A stretch of DNA of 62,402 nucleotides, the filler included. It is 14 parts of 14 records of this genome, joined end to end, with 100 filler letters (N's around TTAATTAATTAA, not from the genome) between each part and the next. Parts side by side here need not be neighbours in the genome. Positions count along the whole stretch, not along the records: positions 45,572 to 48,612 come from SRR15195285_6028; positions 48,713 to 57,042 come from SRR15195285_6030; positions 57,143 to 62,402 come from SRR15195285_6036; 11 more parts are not named here. One strand, written 5' to 3'. Below are positions 46,041-57,510 of the stretch, piece by piece; position 1 is the first letter of the stretch, and each line of letters begins with the position of its first letter. Both the position numbers and the translations under genes were made by a program. A model generated the notes under the pieces. It ran no database searches and was not told where the DNA came from. It saw nothing but the letters and a program-made list of their open reading frames with translations.

Positions 46041-47885
46041 ATGATCATGCTGGCCCTCGCCCTGCCGACAACGCTGTCGACTGCGGCCCTCCCAGCAGCG
46101 CCGACGACTGCTCACACCTACACGTGGATCTCCGGCTCCCTGACAGGCCACGACGTGATCCCGCCGCTGAACCTGACGTTTGCCGCCGCCAAGGCACAGT
46201 GCAGCTCGCTGCCAGCGTGCGTGGGAATCACCTTCAAGGCACCGACGCAGGCACCAGCTGGTGGCACTGTGGTGCATGCCTACTTCAAGAGCATCCCTAC
46301 GGGTGGTCCGTGGCAGGTCGCCGGGCCATGGCAGACCTACCTCCGCGATGACTTCCCGTCGTATCCTGGGCCGGCTTGGGTGCATCCGAAGATCCACCAC
46401 AGTCCGCTCTGCCTACACTTTCCGGGCTGGCACGACATGGCGGGCGCGCTGACATTCAAGGGTGTTCACCACGCATTCCAGGGCTGCCCACGCTCCGGCG
46501 GCTGGACCCACTCGCGGAGCAGCGATCTGGTGCACTGGGAGGATCTAGGGCGCGGAATTCACACCCGTAACGAGACCTACGAAGGGATGGAGTCAGACAT
46601 TACGCCCTGCTCCGGCTTCGTCACGGTCGACGACAAGGGTGTTCCTTGCGCGGGGTTTCGGCAGTGCGGCAGCACCAAGGGCACGACGGGCCTTAACCCT
46701 GCTGCGCACACCTGGGATGTCCCGATGGAAATCCGCTGCGCCACCAACGAAAACCTGACGATGTGGGGCGAGCCTGAGTACATCTATCCCGCGTATTATT
46801 ACCGTGGGTTGCCATACGATCCTGTGCGACCGTGGAAGGAGACTGGCCCTGGTGGCGATGGCAAGTGGTACAGCGCGTGGTCAACGGACGGCTGCAACAA
46901 GACCGGGGGCGACGGCACGCAGAAGCTCCCCTGCAAGCCAGGTGGGCAGCTCGAGCTGCTCTCTGCACCAACACTACGTGGTCCATGGGCCCAGCTACCG
47001 CCTATGTTCACGACGAATGTAACCTGCTCCGCCGGTGCTTGCAAGCATGGCGCGATCTCAGGCGAGTTTGTGACGAGCGGGTACGTAGGAGGTTTGAAGA
47101 ACGACCCTGACGGCGGATCTACCCGAGTGGTGATGCAGAACAATGCCGGCCCTACATATTGGGTGGGAAAGCAGCAGAATGGTGGTAAGTTTGTGCCGTA
47201 TTGGGATAAGGTGGGCGCTGTCGGCCATTACGACTACGGCTCGCTGACAATGGCACGCACCCTCGGCTCCGATTCGAATCAGGTCGCCAGCAACGGACGG
47301 CGCGTGCTGCTCGGCTGGATCGGCGGCAGCCCGGCGTCGCAGTCGTTAGCCCGTGACCTTACACTCTCAGCCGACTATGAGCTGCTGCAGGCGTTCGTCC
47401 CGGAGCTGAAGGCGCTCCGTATCCTTGCCACGCACACTCAGCATGCCTTTGACGGAGGCGCGAGTGCAGGGGATCAGGGACTGACGGCAGCAGCTAATAG
47501 TAGTAGTACCGTGCAGATCACTGGTTCACAGCAGCTAGAAGTCCTGGCCACTTTCACATGGACCGCTAGACCCACGTCCAATTTTGGCGTGACTATCCTC
47601 GGTGGCGCAGCTAATCTCACGATTAACTGCACGGCGGGTGCAGCAGCACCGTGCCAAGGGCAAGTCAACGACAAGGGAGGCCCGATCATGCCTCTCAAAA
47701 CGCAGTCGGTGACCCTGCATGCGATCATTGACCATTCCATCGTCGAAGTAATCTACAACAATCGGACGGCGATGGTTGTCTACGTCGACCCAGCGTCCGC
47801 TTCAGCGAAGGCGTGCAGCTTGTTCGGAGTCAGCGGTGGTGCCGGAGTGAAGGGGACAGTTGAGACGTGGGAGCTCAAGCACTAG
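46041..47885 (+). CDS. secreted glycoside hydrolase family 32 with small N-terminal Cys (PAN/apple-like) module
   Basis: Signal peptide; AKAQCSSLPACVGITF module; PKIHH...WHDMAG, WTHSRSSDLVHWE, CSG, YDP, DYG, GRRVLLGWI, SLARDLTL, IIDHSIVEV. Confidence 0.88.
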   Translation: MIMLALALPTTLSTAALPAAPTTAHTYTWISGSLTGHDVIPPLNLTFAAAKAQCSSLPACVGITFKAPTQAPAGGTVVHAYFKSIPTGGPWQVAGPWQTYLRDDFPSYPGPAWVHPKIHHSPLCLHFPGWHDMAGALTFKGVHHAFQGCPRSGGWTHSRSSDLVHWEDLGRGIHTRNETYEGMESDITPCSGFVTVDDKGVPCAGFRQCGSTKGTTGLNPAAHTWDVPMEIRCATNENLTMWGEPEYIYPAYYYRGLPYDPVRPWKETGPGGDGKWYSAWSTDGCNKTGGDGTQKLPCKPGGQLELLSAPTLRGPWAQLPPMFTTNVTCSAGACKHGAISGEFVTSGYVGGLKNDPDGGSTRVVMQNNAGPTYWVGKQQNGGKFVPYWDKVGAVGHYDYGSLTMARTLGSDSNQVASNGRRVLLGWIGGSPASQSLARDLTLSADYELLQAFVPELKALRILATHTQHAFDGGASAGDQGLTAAANSSSTVQITGSQQLEVLATFTWTARPTSNFGVTILGGAANLTINCTAGAAAPCQGQVNDKGGPIMPLKTQSVTLHAIIDHSIVEVIYNNRTAMVVYVDPASASAKACSLFGVSGGAGVKGTVETWELKH

Positions 47886-47904
47886 CACCCGCCGCCGCCG
47901 TTTC

Positions 47905-48184
47905 TGGGAGAGGATGCAGAGCGCGCGAGCGAAAGGAGGGCGACCACATCGGCATGCTCCTCGACCTCGACCAGGGTAGCATGACCGTCTACAAAAGTGA
48001 CCAGCGGCTCGGGGTGATGGCGACGGGCCTGAGTGGTGAGTACTGCTGGGCGGTGTCGCTGAAATTGCAGACGAGCAACAGCGTGCGCACTGAGGCTGCT
48101 GCAGCGCTAGCCTCGCCCACAGCGGCAGAGCTGGCGCAGGCGATAGCGTACGAAGCAGAACAGCCAGCGCGCGACGACTACTAG
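47905..48184 (+). pseudogene. 5'-truncated, frameshifted SPRY/B30.2 fragment
   Basis: KEGDHIGMLLDLDQGSMTVYKSDQRLGVMATGLSGEYCWAVSL is a SPRY C-terminal half; the preceding WERMQSA lies in another frame; begins about 20 bp after the GH32 stop. Confidence 0.7.
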
Positions 48185-48612
48185 TAGTACTACAGCGGGT
48201 GGGCCTGGACATGTTTCGAACGCAATTGCTGTGATTGATGCACCAAACGATTTACTTATCTACCATACGTAGTATACTGCTAAAAGACGAATAACACTAC
48301 CACAACTAGTCACAGTTTACCGGCAGGATCCTCCTCCTCCTCCTTCTTCTTATGTGCCGCTGCCGCGAGCTGCGCAGAGACATCGTACAAGACATCTGTA
48401 CGCAGCACATACTTTGTCCCCGCCCGCAGACCCATCTACAGCCTCTTAGGCGCCCCAATCCACGCGCCTGACGCATGCGTGGCTGAGCGCAGCGAGACCA
48501 CCGATCGTCCTCCCGGTGTCTCCTGGCGTCCGGGCTGCGGCCGCGGCGCTGCGCCGGTCGGGACTCGTCGGCGTAGCCACGCTAGCCCGAAGTCATCGAT
48601 ATTCCGATCGAC

Positions 48613-48712
48613 NNNNNNNNNNNNNNNNNNNNNNNNNNNNNNNNNNNNNNNNNNNNTTAATTAATTAANNNNNNNNNNNNNNNNNNNNNNNNNNNNNNNN
48701 NNNNNNNNNNNN
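48613..48712. other. artificial contig spacer
   Basis: 44 N + TTAATTAATTAA + 44 N. Confidence 0.99.
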
Positions 48713-48713
48713 G

Positions 48714-51436
48714 GAGCCGGAGCCGGAGCCAGAGCCGGAGCCCGCGTCACAAACTGGCGAAACTGCGGTGGTCACAACGCAGCGGAAGCCACCACGGACG
48801 TCGACCGCCGTAGAAGATCTTCCGACAGACCTGGGTGGCGTCATTATTCGAGGGACTGGTCGAAACGAGCATGACAGCGGTGCCGACGCCGTGGGAGACT
48901 TCCTGAGCGCGCTCGGCATGCCGCCAGACGCTGGTGGTGGCGCTGAATCCAGCAACAGTGAGCGTGGGGGCCCAGCAGCACCCGTTCAAGTCTTCGGCGG
49001 TGCGGTAGACTTGCGCGCTTCGCCAGCTGTTGTGGACAAGTCCAAGAATACGAGTAGTCGCAGTCGGAGAGCACGCGAGCGATCCCGACGATCCAGAGCA
49101 GGGCGGCACGAGTTTGAAGAGAACGGCTGCGATGGTGCCAATGGCAACTCTGGACACGCAAGAAGTGATGATGAGATCGTAGTGACTGAGGTCCAGCTGT
49201 ACTCCGACGCTCCGGGCATTGATACTGACGATGGCAGTAATGACGAGTCGGACATGGCCCCAAGTGACAGCGCGGAAAGTGAAGCTGACCATGCTCCGGG
49301 TCGGTCACGGGGATTTCATAAGGATGATTCTAGTCGCAGGAACAGAGGAAGACAGCAGCAGAGGAAGCGCTGGGGCACGGCTCGTACAGCCTCCAACTAC
49401 TACGGCGAGCGGGACAAGGATCAGAAGAAAGACGGCTATTTAGACTACCGAGAGAAGGAAGAGGCGGCGCAGGCAACCCTTGCCAAAGCTCGTGAGCGGG
49501 GTGCTGGGACTGGTCCACTCGATGATCGTGGTTTGCGAGCTGCAACAGAGGCGGCGCATCGTCACCAGGTAGATATGCCAGCAGCGGCTGGGACAGTGCT
49601 AGGGCAAGGCATAGGTGGAGGCAGCCGAGCGTACAGCTCATCCTGGGACCGCGAGCACAGCCTGCAGATAAAGCTGCGAGAGTGCATGGCTGATCGGGAG
49701 GAAATGCGCCAGGCACTAGAGGAAAGTCAGCGTGAGGTCAGCGCATTGAGCACGAAACTAAAGAAAGCCGCTACCTCCTCCAAGAGGCAGAACTCGAGTA
49801 CGTGGAAGCTGCGGCAAGAAGTCGACCAGCTGAAGGTGGATGTGGCCAAGAAAGCTGAAGCGCTAGAAGCGGAGTTCAAAGCTCACGCACAGTACCGTGA
49901 GCTGGTGGAAGACACGATGCAGCAGCAAGCAGTGGCAGAAACCAAGTACAAGGCGGTGCTCGTCTCGGCACAGGGTGAAGCCATGGCGGCGGCGGCAGTC
50001 GTGCAGAACGAGAAGGCTGCAGCACGCCGGTTCGTTGAACAAGTTGCCTCGGAGATGGAACGTGCGGTCATGAAAGATCTCGGTGATCTACGAGACGTGG
50101 TGAGCGATGAGATGCGGTCAGCCTCGCTGAGGATCGAGCGTGTCAGTGCAGCATCAGGCAGGCTCAAGACGGAGCTCATCAACGCGCAGCGTGCAGCCAT
50201 GGTGGCAGGGATGGAGGCGTCTCAGGCGACAGTAGATGCAGAAAGGGCAGAAGAACAGCGGATGGAAGCTGTGCAGCGTGCCAAGATTGCTACTGATCGG
50301 CTGGCGCATAGTGGTGCCGGAGCTGGAGTGGACGCGACTGGGTCTTCAACCACAGCAGGAGGATCACGGTCGCCGCCATCTTCGGCGACGCAACAGCCGC
50401 AACAGGAGCTGGAAGAAAGGATACGTGAGCTGGAGGGATCGTTGCAAGCTGCAATCACTGGGCGTCGGGCAGCAGAGGAAGCAGCGGTCGAGGCGACCTC
50501 TAGGACTGCTAAGGCCGAAGCTAGGTAAGCAATTGCATTTACACCAGACCTGGTGCTTTAGATACCGCTATGATGTGTTCTCTTTCGGTGGCTGAAGGTT
50601 TGGCTGACTGTGAATGGTCCATCTATCTGTGTGCTTGACTGCTGGTGCTGCTCTGTTCCGGTACCACGTGCTACTGACTGTTGCCACAGGGCATCCGATC
50701 TGAAACGCGAAGTAGATGCTGCGATCAGGTCCTCCGCCAAAGCCGCAGAGGCACTGCGCGTTGCGCAGGAGGGCAGTTGTGCGGCTCAGAGCACAATCGA
50801 GCAGCTGCGAGCCGACCTGAAACTGATCAGGGATGATTTCGTGGCATGCCAAGAGAGCTTAGAAATGGCAAGGTCTGAGTCTAGAACCCAATTCGAAGAG
50901 ATCAGAAAGTCCCGAGAGGAGCAGCGGTCAGCCATTGTCACAGCAGAGGCAGCCCAGAGAGAAGCAGCAGAGAAGGTAGCGCAGATACGGAATCTCGAGC
51001 TTGAACTAGTGGCAGAGCGAGCAAGATCGGCGCAACCTGCCACACAGACGCAAGGAGAGCACTCACGACACTCGTCGGTAGACATGGAGGCCAACGGCGC
51101 AAGGAAGGCGACAAGGCGGCGTCAAGATCAGCAGGCTAGTGTGTCCTATTCGGTGCCATCGCAGTCGGCATCGCGTCATCAGCAGCCAGGCCTGGTCATT
51201 ACGCCGGAAGCCCTGAATTGGTGCGCCAGACTTGCCTGCATTACAACACGCAATCTGACGGTCCCTGTGCCATCGATTGGCTCACTGCTGACTTGCATTG
51301 CGTGTTCGTGCACGGATGATTTCGTCGAATGGTTGTTGGATGGTCCGCTACGCTTTGCTATGTGCATCGCAGGATAAGCAAGCTTGTGGCTTGCCTCTTG
51401 ATCGGTTGGGCAGCAGGTGAGGTACTGGTGCGCTAG
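48714..51436 (+). CDS. long coiled-coil protein with C-terminal TM tail (golgin-like architecture), 5' partial, 3 exons
   Basis: Starts in an (EP)n tract; disordered acidic region; long heptad-rich helix; introns ~50525-50690 and ~51221-51372; last exon ISKLVACLLIGWAAGEVLVR*. Confidence 0.65.
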
Positions 51437-52060
51437 TCCATCCGTACGGCGCGCTAATGTCTAGGATAATCATTTTGAATGTACATGCATCGACTACCTT
51501 ATGATGAGTTCCTTGTTGGCCCACGCGCGTACTGTTTACTACATTTCTGTGCGCTGGGGCAACCACCACTACACCGCGGTGGGCCTCGCAATCGAGCCAC
51601 AGTTGGTAGTTGCATGCCACATTCACGCCATTTTTTCGGTTCATCTTTAAACACAGGTAACTCACTCTCTTCCACTTCGGGTAGCCGGCATGAGCGCTGA
51701 AACTCCCGAAACGCGGAAGTGCTCCTCGCGTTCCAAAATCAGCTCGTCCCATAGTATCTGCCGCAAAGCTCATTCGCTTCGTCTTCTCTTCCTCTTCGAT
51801 GACTCTGACTCCTGACAACGGGCATACTACTAGTAGTATGGGCCCTTATGCCCAGCGTCACTCCGACACCTTGTCCATTAAAGAAATCAAATGCGCTTCC
51901 CCGTTTCCATGTTACAAGGTTCGTTACGCACACTATGCCGCTCCAAGCTTCAACCTCAGTTGCCGCGCCGGAGACCGGCTGATTTCTACTATAAATAATT
52001 GCTTCAACGATCTTCATGATCTGTGGGATGAACCAGACGTGGACTGGATCTCTGACTGAA

Positions 52061-52183
52061 TATTCGAATAGTAAGTCCATGTGCATATTCGAATAGTAGA
52101 GCCGTACTGTCCTACTTGTTTATTATAGTAGCTCTAGAGATACTACTACTACTACTATTCGAATAGTAGCTATATTCAGAATA
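52061..52183. repeat. TATTCGAATA palindrome x3 (+1 variant) with (TAC)n in an AT-rich tract
   Basis: Copies at 52061, 52086, 52156; variant tattcagaata at 52173. Confidence 0.8.
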
Positions 52184-52567
52184 CTGTAGTACCGGACAGT
52201 GTACTCTAGCTAGAGATCTAGTTCCTACGGTATTGTAAATTCATGTGTATTACTCTAAGAATATGATACTTTGATACTAGTAGTCATAGTAGAGCCCACG
52301 CACAGCTCAGCGGAGTACTACAGCTGTAGTACGTGCGGCGTACGCGTGTTAACACGCGTACATGTACCGGTAGTCACGAGGCGCGGTGCCATCAATTCAC
52401 GGTGCCATCAATGCACGGCGTGAGTGACATGATTCGACCGTACTGTGCCTGTATTATAGCACAATTCATAAAAAGTGCCTTCATCGTGATGCTGGCCGTA
52501 AAACCATTATCCTTAAGTACCCCTTGACGGCGGGTGATCCGGCATCTGCTCTACTGGCGCACAGAAA

Positions 52568-53776
52568 ATGGTACTCTTGCTACGTAGCCTGTGTCGCGTC
52601 CACTCGACAGTGCAGCCGCGCGTCGTCGCTGGCCTTGCTTTCGGCGGCGGAGTGGCACTCACGCTCACAACACCGGAGGGTCGTGCCACTGCGTGCGAGG
52701 CCAATGTGCCGGCGCTGCTGGGCACTGCCGCTGCCGGGTTTGGTCTCGCCTGGATGGTGAAGCCGAGCGACAGCCTCCAGGGCTATGCCGAGGCGCGGAT
52801 GACGGAGGCAAATAAGCGTGCAATTGTCATAAAGCAGCAACTGGCAGCAGGCGACCCAGCGGCGGTGAAGAAGATCACCTACAATCTCGATCGAAGCACG
52901 TTCCTGTTTAAGCAGGGCAGCGCGCCTGCCAACGACCTGCAACTCAAGGAGAAGATCTTTTACTTTATCCTAGGAGCCCTGTCCGATCCGATGACAACGA
53001 TGGACTTCAGTACTGGTACCAAGGGCAAAGGTGCGCCCGTCGGTGTAGGGTGCCTCGACGTGAACATGATTAAAGCCACGAAGAAGTTGCTGCTGGCTCC
53101 CATGAGCGAGGATGACAAAGCGTGGTCACTGGAGTACATGTCCGTCGCTAACCCAGACAGCGGCGTATACAAGTTGGCATACACTTTTGCCCGTCAAATC
53201 GTCCACAACATCGACATTTTTGACGCCGATTTGAACGGTGAGATTCAACCCGCCCGTGCCCACATCCAAGTCTTTGTGACGAGTGCGTGCGTGCACATGT
53301 AGTATGAATGACCGCGCAGCCTGTGCGGCCCACACCACAATCTCTAATCCAACCGCTGCAATCTGTACATGCTCTCAGGTGAGCTCACAGCCCCCGAGCT
53401 CTGCTCCGCATGCATGATCATCTCCCGGATCTGCCTAAACAAAAACACATCCCCACAGCAAAGTATGCAAGAGTTGTTCGTGGCGATCGATGAGGATGGG
53501 GACGGTGCGATCAGCAGCGAGGAGCTCTGGGGCTTCATACTCATGTGCCTCCGCTTGGGCCGTGTCACTCCAGAGCTCGCGGAGCTGGTCAAGCAGAAGT
53601 TTGACCAAGCACCAGTGGATGGGAAGGGCAACGTGAGCAAGGCTGATGGGGACGCAGCGCTCGCTGCTGTTGTGACCGCACTTCTACAAAAGTACGACGT
53701 CGATGGCAACCAGCAGATAGACTTGCAGGAGTTCAGCAAGCTCTACCCAATGCTTCGCCTCTCGCAGGGCCAGTGA
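52568..53776 (+). CDS. EF-hand calcium-binding protein with organelle-targeting-like N-terminus, 2 exons
   Basis: Intron 53283-53378 joins the ORFs in frame; EF loops DEDGDGAISSEE and DVDGNQQIDLQE; acid-free R/L/S start followed by hydrophobic segments. Confidence 0.8.
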
Positions 53777-54152
53777 ACTAGATCTAGCTTAGCCAAAGCG
53801 AGAGGGTGGCTACGCGCCTTGCTTTGCCGGTGGACTCGAATAAATGAACCTAATGAGGCGAAATGCACATTGATTTTCACTAGAAGAGCAGGGTTGCCTC
53901 CTCCGCTCATGAGATCTAGTCCGCGGGAGAAAATTTGGTTCCGCTACTAGTATGGGTACGTAGATTAGTCACGCATGTTAGCCACAACGCTCCCGATTGT
54001 ACGGCCGGTGGCGGTGGTGTCCGCGGCGGCATTTGGCGCCGGGATGATGGCGAGGCGTGCCGAAAGTGGCTGCGTGACGCCGCCATGGCACGATTAAATC
54101 CATGCTGAACCACCAAGTTAGAATTTGCTGCTGAAGTAAATTACTATTAGAC

Positions 54153-56585
54153 TCAACGAAACAGGATCAACCCATGCTTTGCCAAGCACTCGTCGAACGT
54201 CTTTCGATGACGGGAGCAGTGACTCGCTGCTTCTTTCAAGCCGGTGTCATCCGTGACTCCGTGAGATTTTTCAAGTGTGTCCTGCAAGCCTCCACCTGTC
54301 GCATTTGACATCATTTCTAGACAATCCGCATACTTTTTCATCGCGGAGCCACATAAAACTTGAGCTTGGTTGAGTGGCGACTGCATGCATCGAACATGCT
54401 CATGTATAGCCTTGGAGCAGGCTTGCGTGTGGGTGCCCGATTTGCACTTCGTGTATGCCTTTACCGCAGCTTCTCCACATTGTTCCGCAATCGCTTGCGC
54501 GCAAGCCAACCGATTCTTCTTCGACTGCAGCACCCCTAATCCAAGGCTGCTAGTATGATGCGAGAGCATGCGACTCTCATGCTTATGTACCTGCATCTCG
54601 CACCGCCCAGCGGTTGCCACTGACACCCAGACCGGCTCGCTTTTAATGCGGCCGGTCGGCAAGCGTTTGAACGCTGACCAGAGCGTGAATTTAGTTTCGC
54701 CAGCAGGCAGAGTCACTGTTCCGTGTCCAAAGCGCTCAAAAACAGGAATTGGAATCTCTGGCCCGCGGCACCACCTACCGTCTACAGGTTCCCATATTGA
54801 AATCTTACGAACACGCCGCGTAGTCACAGAACCGAAGAATTCTGTGGTCTTCACAAACGCTTCGCATTCGACCTTGTTTAGGTCTTCTCGAATTTCAATC
54901 GCTCGACGCTCGGCATCAGATTCATCAGATAGATCCCAGTCTTGATCTTCGCAGTGCGCAAGGCCGCGCACGTCTCTGTGGTACACGGTGATGAAGAGCT
55001 CTTGTTCCTGCTCCCTTGGAGGTACGGTACATTCTGCCGCAGTCCAGCAATTGTCGAGCCTCACGCTGGTTACGTTTACAGTGTCGGCCACACCGTCGCC
55101 AGTGTTGTCTTGCTTCACCAGTTCCCAAGGGTCGCACACAGTGATTTCGCCAAAATACTTGGCAAAATCTTCCATGGCCATGAAGAACGACCCGTCATCC
55201 GAGTCCGTCTGGTCTGGCCGCCTTGTTAGTGCCCGTAGCGCTGATGTCCAGCGTGGATCGTCGTCATTCCAAGGCCCTGTGTATTCAATCTTGCCCAAGG
55301 GATTGCGAAGCTGAACCAACCGCACGTCATCAGGGAACTCGATTGCATCAAGAACAGAATACGCATGCTGAGGTACAAGCCCACAACTCCTTAGCATTTT
55401 GTTCGTATCGAAAAGGTCAAACTTTTTGCTGGCTAGAATTGGGTCCACTGAACAGCACATAATTTTTTGTCGTAGTGGCGAGCGCTTTCCCTCCTGCACG
55501 AGCGTTTTCAGCTTGAGCCACGAACTTTCCGTGTCGTGATGAAAACCAAGCGCATCCACCCGGCCTCCACACAGGTAATGCAAAGCATCTCCACTCCTTC
55601 CTCCAATCGTGTTCATATATCCCCCATGTAGCTTAGCCCACGCCTTCTCAGCGATCATCACCCACAGCTCCATTTCCTGGCGTGGTGATCCGTCGTGCGG
55701 ATCAGAGTGAGCAAAGAGTGGAGTCCACTCACCGGTCTCAGTGAGTCGAACTTCGTTCTCAGTGCGTCGAACTTGGAGCTTCGGAACGACAGGGAAAAGA
55801 TCGTCAACCACCACGGTCACCCAACTACCATTCACAAAAAACTTAACGCCGTAAAGTCCCACATCGCTGCCATCCTCGATGATCAAGTCTTCGATTAATT
55901 TCCCACCCTCTGCTGCAGCGCAGGACGAAAGTGCCGCCAAAAAGTAGCAGTTGCCGAGTGCTCCTTGTGTGATGTCCTCCGGAGAGGCACCGTCTGAAAA
56001 GACGACCGGCTTACGCCCGGACGCCGCGAATTCCTCAGGTCGCTTCCACTCAACACCAACACCTTGGTTGGACCATGCGTCGTGCGCTGGGAAGACTGTG
56101 TCGGTAAATTTTTTGCCAGATGCCCGGAGCGCAGCCGCAAGCTCGCGCACTGCGGCCTCGCCATCCGCGTCTCTCTGCTGTGTAGACGACCATATTTCAA
56201 TCAGTGGCTCCGTAGTCCCTTCCTTGGCTTCTCCTCGGAATCGAAGGTTCTGGGCGCGCATGACCAGGCTGTCGAGCGAACGGGCACTGGGCTGCGGGTG
56301 CAAGCTGTCCGATTTGACTGCTACTGGCAGCCTATCCTCGCTGCGGACCGGCATCGTCCAGCGAGTCTGCTGGGTCTCCGTGTTGTAGTAGTACGTACGA
56401 CCACTTGCGGGATCTGTCGCTGCTGTCCACACTTGTGGCAGAGACGATGCATTCTGCTCCGCGATAGTCAGATCCTTTCCCACTATGGCCCACATCGTTC
56501 CCGCCATCACTGCAGAGCTCGCGGCGACAAGATGCCGCCCACCACGGAGTCTCGACGCGTAGTGGATGATGCTAGACCGTTGCAT
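54153..56585 (-). CDS. calpain (CysPc) protease with N-terminal WW domain and C-terminal CX9C-type motifs
   Basis: WW: LPQVWTAATDPASGRTYYYNTETQQTRWTMP; catalytic QGALGNCYFLAAL, HAYSV, LRNPLG; EKAWAKLHG; DDGSFFM. ATG 56585 preferred over GTG 56933. Confidence 0.9.
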   Translation of the reverse strand: MQRSSIIHYASRLRGGRHLVAASSAVMAGTMWAIVGKDLTIAEQNASSLPQVWTAATDPASGRTYYYNTETQQTRWTMPVRSEDRLPVAVKSDSLHPQPSARSLDSLVMRAQNLRFRGEAKEGTTEPLIEIWSSTQQRDADGEAAVRELAAALRASGKKFTDTVFPAHDAWSNQGVGVEWKRPEEFAASGRKPVVFSDGASPEDITQGALGNCYFLAALSSCAAAEGGKLIEDLIIEDGSDVGLYGVKFFVNGSWVTVVVDDLFPVVPKLQVRRTENEVRLTETGEWTPLFAHSDPHDGSPRQEMELWVMIAEKAWAKLHGGYMNTIGGRSGDALHYLCGGRVDALGFHHDTESSWLKLKTLVQEGKRSPLRQKIMCCSVDPILASKKFDLFDTNKMLRSCGLVPQHAYSVLDAIEFPDDVRLVQLRNPLGKIEYTGPWNDDDPRWTSALRALTRRPDQTDSDDGSFFMAMEDFAKYFGEITVCDPWELVKQDNTGDGVADTVNVTSVRLDNCWTAAECTVPPREQEQELFITVYHRDVRGLAHCEDQDWDLSDESDAERRAIEIREDLNKVECEAFVKTTEFFGSVTTRRVRKISIWEPVDGRWCRGPEIPIPVFERFGHGTVTLPAGETKFTLWSAFKRLPTGRIKSEPVWVSVATAGRCEMQVHKHESRMLSHHTSSLGLGVLQSKKNRLACAQAIAEQCGEAAVKAYTKCKSGTHTQACSKAIHEHVRCMQSPLNQAQVLCGSAMKKYADCLEMMSNATGGGLQDTLEKSHGVTDDTGLKEAASHCSRHRKTFDECLAKHGLILFR

Positions 56586-57042
56586 CTCCACAATGCAGCA
56601 GCGGGCCAAGCGGCCGGTCAACGACACCATCTGCAGCAGCACAATGCACAGCCCACGCAGGTGTGCCGAAAGCGAAAGGTCGCTGGCAACGAAGGCCTTC
56701 CTTCCGAGTCTCATGCAATACACGGAACTATCACTCACGCATGCACCAGGCAGCGCGTGCACTCGGCGAGTCCCACTGCATGATTGATGGCATGATGGTG
56801 CACGCGCGTAACCTCGCATCATCGCCCGGGCATACTGTACAGGCATACAAGGCTTTTTCAGGGTCATGCACGAGGGCGTCGTGGTGTGCGGCGCGGTTAA
56901 CGTTGATTTCCGCCTGTCCCCTCCCCGGGACACTGTCCGCGTGTCCGCTTTTGTCAGATTACCGGTACAGATTACAGATTACAGTTTGTTACACGTACAA
57001 ACGGCATTACCGTTTTTAAAAGCAGCATGTATTAGAAACGGC

Positions 57043-57142
57043 NNNNNNNNNNNNNNNNNNNNNNNNNNNNNNNNNNNNNNNNNNNNTTAATTAATTAANN
57101 NNNNNNNNNNNNNNNNNNNNNNNNNNNNNNNNNNNNNNNNNN
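57043..57142. other. artificial contig spacer
   Basis: 44 N + TTAATTAATTAA + 44 N. Confidence 0.99.
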
Positions 57143-57510
57143 CGTCCGTCCGTCGCTCGCCTCTCTCGTACGGCCAGCAGCACGTTCACCACCAGCAGCA
57201 GCGCCTCGCTGCGTGTAGCTATTACGTATACACTATCAATATCGATATCTCCGAGCCGCGTGTCCGTCAGTGCCACGATATGATACCGTAGTATCGGGAT
57301 ATCACAGGCTCAATTACGAATTAGCGGCAACCCCCAGGCAGCGGGTACGTACACACAGCGTCAGACCCGTCAGTCATCATAGACGTCTGCTGGTCACGTC
57401 AGCAGAGACCAATCCCGCCGTGACGGACTCTCTGCGCTCTGTACATACTAGTATACCGCCGGCTCTGTAGCGCTAGCGGCGAACGCCGGGCAGCGCGCAC
57501 GCGTCGGGGG

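Noticed and set aside
51479-52059. Short ORFs between the coiled-coil and EF-hand genes (possible transposon relic)
   Set aside because: No recognisable motif; competing frames on both strands; cannot support a call.
56586-56933. 116-aa N-terminal extension of the calpain ORF
   Set aside because: Starts at GTG with non-protein-like composition; ATG 56585 gives a plausible leader.
4351-57142. TTAATTAATTAA recurring 13 times as a repeat or array
   Set aside because: Always centred in an identical 100-bp N spacer; an artificial six-frame-stop linker.
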